Part shown: positions 62,810 through 64,000 of the stretch, piece by piece
How the letters are laid out: each line of letters starts with the position of its first letter
How positions within the stretch are numbered: position 1 is the stretch's first letter
Origin: Syntrophales bacterium
GTDB lineage: Bacteria > Desulfobacterota > Syntrophia > Syntrophales > UBA2210
Length of the DNA stretch: 64,000 nt
NCBI GenBank assembly: GCA_963662405.2
Contig: CAXXKT010000001.1
Span: 2,400,001-2,464,000, forward strand
Reading direction: 5' to 3'
Translations under genes and position numbers: made by a program
Notes under the pieces: generated by a model
Told to the model about the DNA's origin: nothing
Database searches by the model: none
What the model saw: only the letters and a program-made list of their open reading frames with translations

Positions 62810-63229
62810 ATGCGACTCGCGGTACTGGAGACGGAGAAATGCGTCGGTTGCCAGAGCTGCATGTTTGCTTGCTCGCGAAGGGTGGGGGAGGCCGGACTTG
62901 CCCGCTCTTGTATCGGCGTCCGGTCGATCGGGGGGATGGAACGGGGCTTCTCCGTCATTGTCTGCAGGGCGTGTAGTGATCCCCCGTGTGCGAAGGTTTG
63001 TCCCACCGGCGCCCTGGTCCCGCGGAAAGAAGGCGGCGGGGTTCGGGTCCTTCCGGACACCTGTATCGGGTGCGGCCACTGCAGAGATGCCTGCATCATC
63101 GGAGCGGTCTACTGGAATGACGAAACCAACAAACCGATGATCTGTCTCCACTGCGGCTATTGCGTCGACTTTTGTCCCTACGGCGTCCTGGGGATGCAGA
63201 AGAGGGAGGTCGAAAATGTTGAAGAATGA
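62810..63229 (+). CDS. 4Fe-4S ferredoxin-like subunit (AOR-associated)
   Basis: Four Cys clusters, e.g. CVGCQSC, CRAC..PPCAKVCP. Confidence 0.85.
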   Translation: MRLAVLETEKCVGCQSCMFACSRRVGEAGLARSCIGVRSIGGMERGFSVIVCRACSDPPCAKVCPTGALVPRKEGGGVRVLPDTCIGCGHCRDACIIGAVYWNDETNKPMICLHCGYCVDFCPYGVLGMQKREVENVEE

Positions 63230-64000
63230 CCCGCTCGGGAACATCCTCTATATCGACCTGACGCGCAGGACCTTCCGGGTCGAAAAGAGACCCGAACTCT
63301 TTGAACGATATCTGGGGGGAACCGGCGTTGCCACGCAGCTCCTTCTGGAGGAGTGTCCCGAGGGGTGCGATCCCCTGGGCCCGGACAATCCCATCATCTT
63401 TGCCGTCGGCATCCTGACGGCCCTCTTCCCGCTCGCATCGAAGACCGTTGCCATGTTCAAGTCGCCGCTCACGGGAAACCTGGGCGAGAGTCACTGCGGG
63501 GGACGGAGCGCCGTCTCGATCCGTATGGCGGGATACGGTGCCATCGTGATCACGGGGGCGAGCAGCATGCCTGTCTATCTCTCCATCCAGGCTGGCCGGG
63601 TGCATTTCCGCGATGCCTCCACACTCTGGGGGATGGGGAACTTCTCTTCAGGCCGGATCATCCGCGAGAGGGAAACGGGGTCGGGTGAGAGGACGATCAT
63701 GCGCATCGGCAAGGGTGGAGAGAAAATGATTACTTACTCTTGCGTGATGACTGAGACCTTTCGCCATTTCGGGCGGTTGGGGCTGGGGGCCGTCTTCGGA
63801 AGCAAGAAACTGAAGGCGATCGTTGTTGCCGGGAAATCGTCCCTTCCGACCTCCGATAAAAAAATATACCGGAAGCTCTACGACGAGGTCTACAAGGCCG
63901 CCGTCGAATCGCCCGTGATGAAGAAATACCACGACTTGGGGACGGCTGAGAACATTGTTCCCCTCAGTAAATTTGGGGGACTCCCCACGCGCAATCTGAC
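63216..64000 (+). CDS. Aldehyde:ferredoxin oxidoreductase family (W/Mo), 3'-truncated by window edge
   Basis: NILYIDLT, YLGGTGVA, DPLGPDNP, KSPLTGNLGESHCGG, GRLGLGAVFGSKKLKAI. Confidence 0.9.
   Translation, partial: MLKNDPLGNILYIDLTRRTFRVEKRPELFERYLGGTGVATQLLLEECPEGCDPLGPDNPIIFAVGILTALFPLASKTVAMFKSPLTGNLGESHCGGRSAVSIRMAGYGAIVITGASSMPVYLSIQAGRVHFRDASTLWGMGNFSSGRIIRERETGSGERTIMRIGKGGEKMITYSCVMTETFRHFGRLGLGAVFGSKKLKAIVVAGKSSLPTSDKKIYRKLYDEVYKAAVESPVMKKYHDLGTAENIVPLSKFGGLPTRNL

Overview
Chromosomal window from an anaerobic, probably deltaproteobacterial (Desulfobacterota/Syntrophales-like) genome; the lineage is inferred from gene order and content only. Most of the window is housekeeping or metabolic: a CoA-transferase, a porin, iorAB with an FrhB-like gene, nadK-recN-argA, mltA, HU, trpS-scpAB-rluB, ihfB, miaB, xerC-hslVU, argBDFGH-lysA-dapAB-folK-fsa-pgsA, tRNA-Gly and tRNA-Cys, ugd, a glucosylglycerate-type osmolyte cluster, an ADP-forming acyl-CoA synthetase, an MFS transporter, dinB, a DUF362/Fe-S pair and an AOR at the right edge. 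An IS3-family element (12048-13321) splits a 5'-nucleotidase. The main accessory feature is a ~9.5 kb AT-richer element integrated in tRNA-Cys, bounded by a 46-bp att duplication. It looks like a PICI-like phage satellite: integrase, HTH regulators, an initiator with internal iterons, a DnaB-like helicase, a cos-like site, small terminase, HK97 major capsid and two accessory structural genes, with no TerL, portal, protease or tail. Its right end, nearly blank in the ORF track, holds a tandem array of ~186-bp cassettes. Each cassette encodes a tiny LuxR/sigma-region-4-like HTH protein with a different recognition helix, carries its own ~11-15-bp DNA box twice, and is followed by a conserved motif, all pointing into the satellite's main operon. 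This array is the best candidate for an undescribed system. Three single-base frameshifts in host genes are probably sequencing errors.
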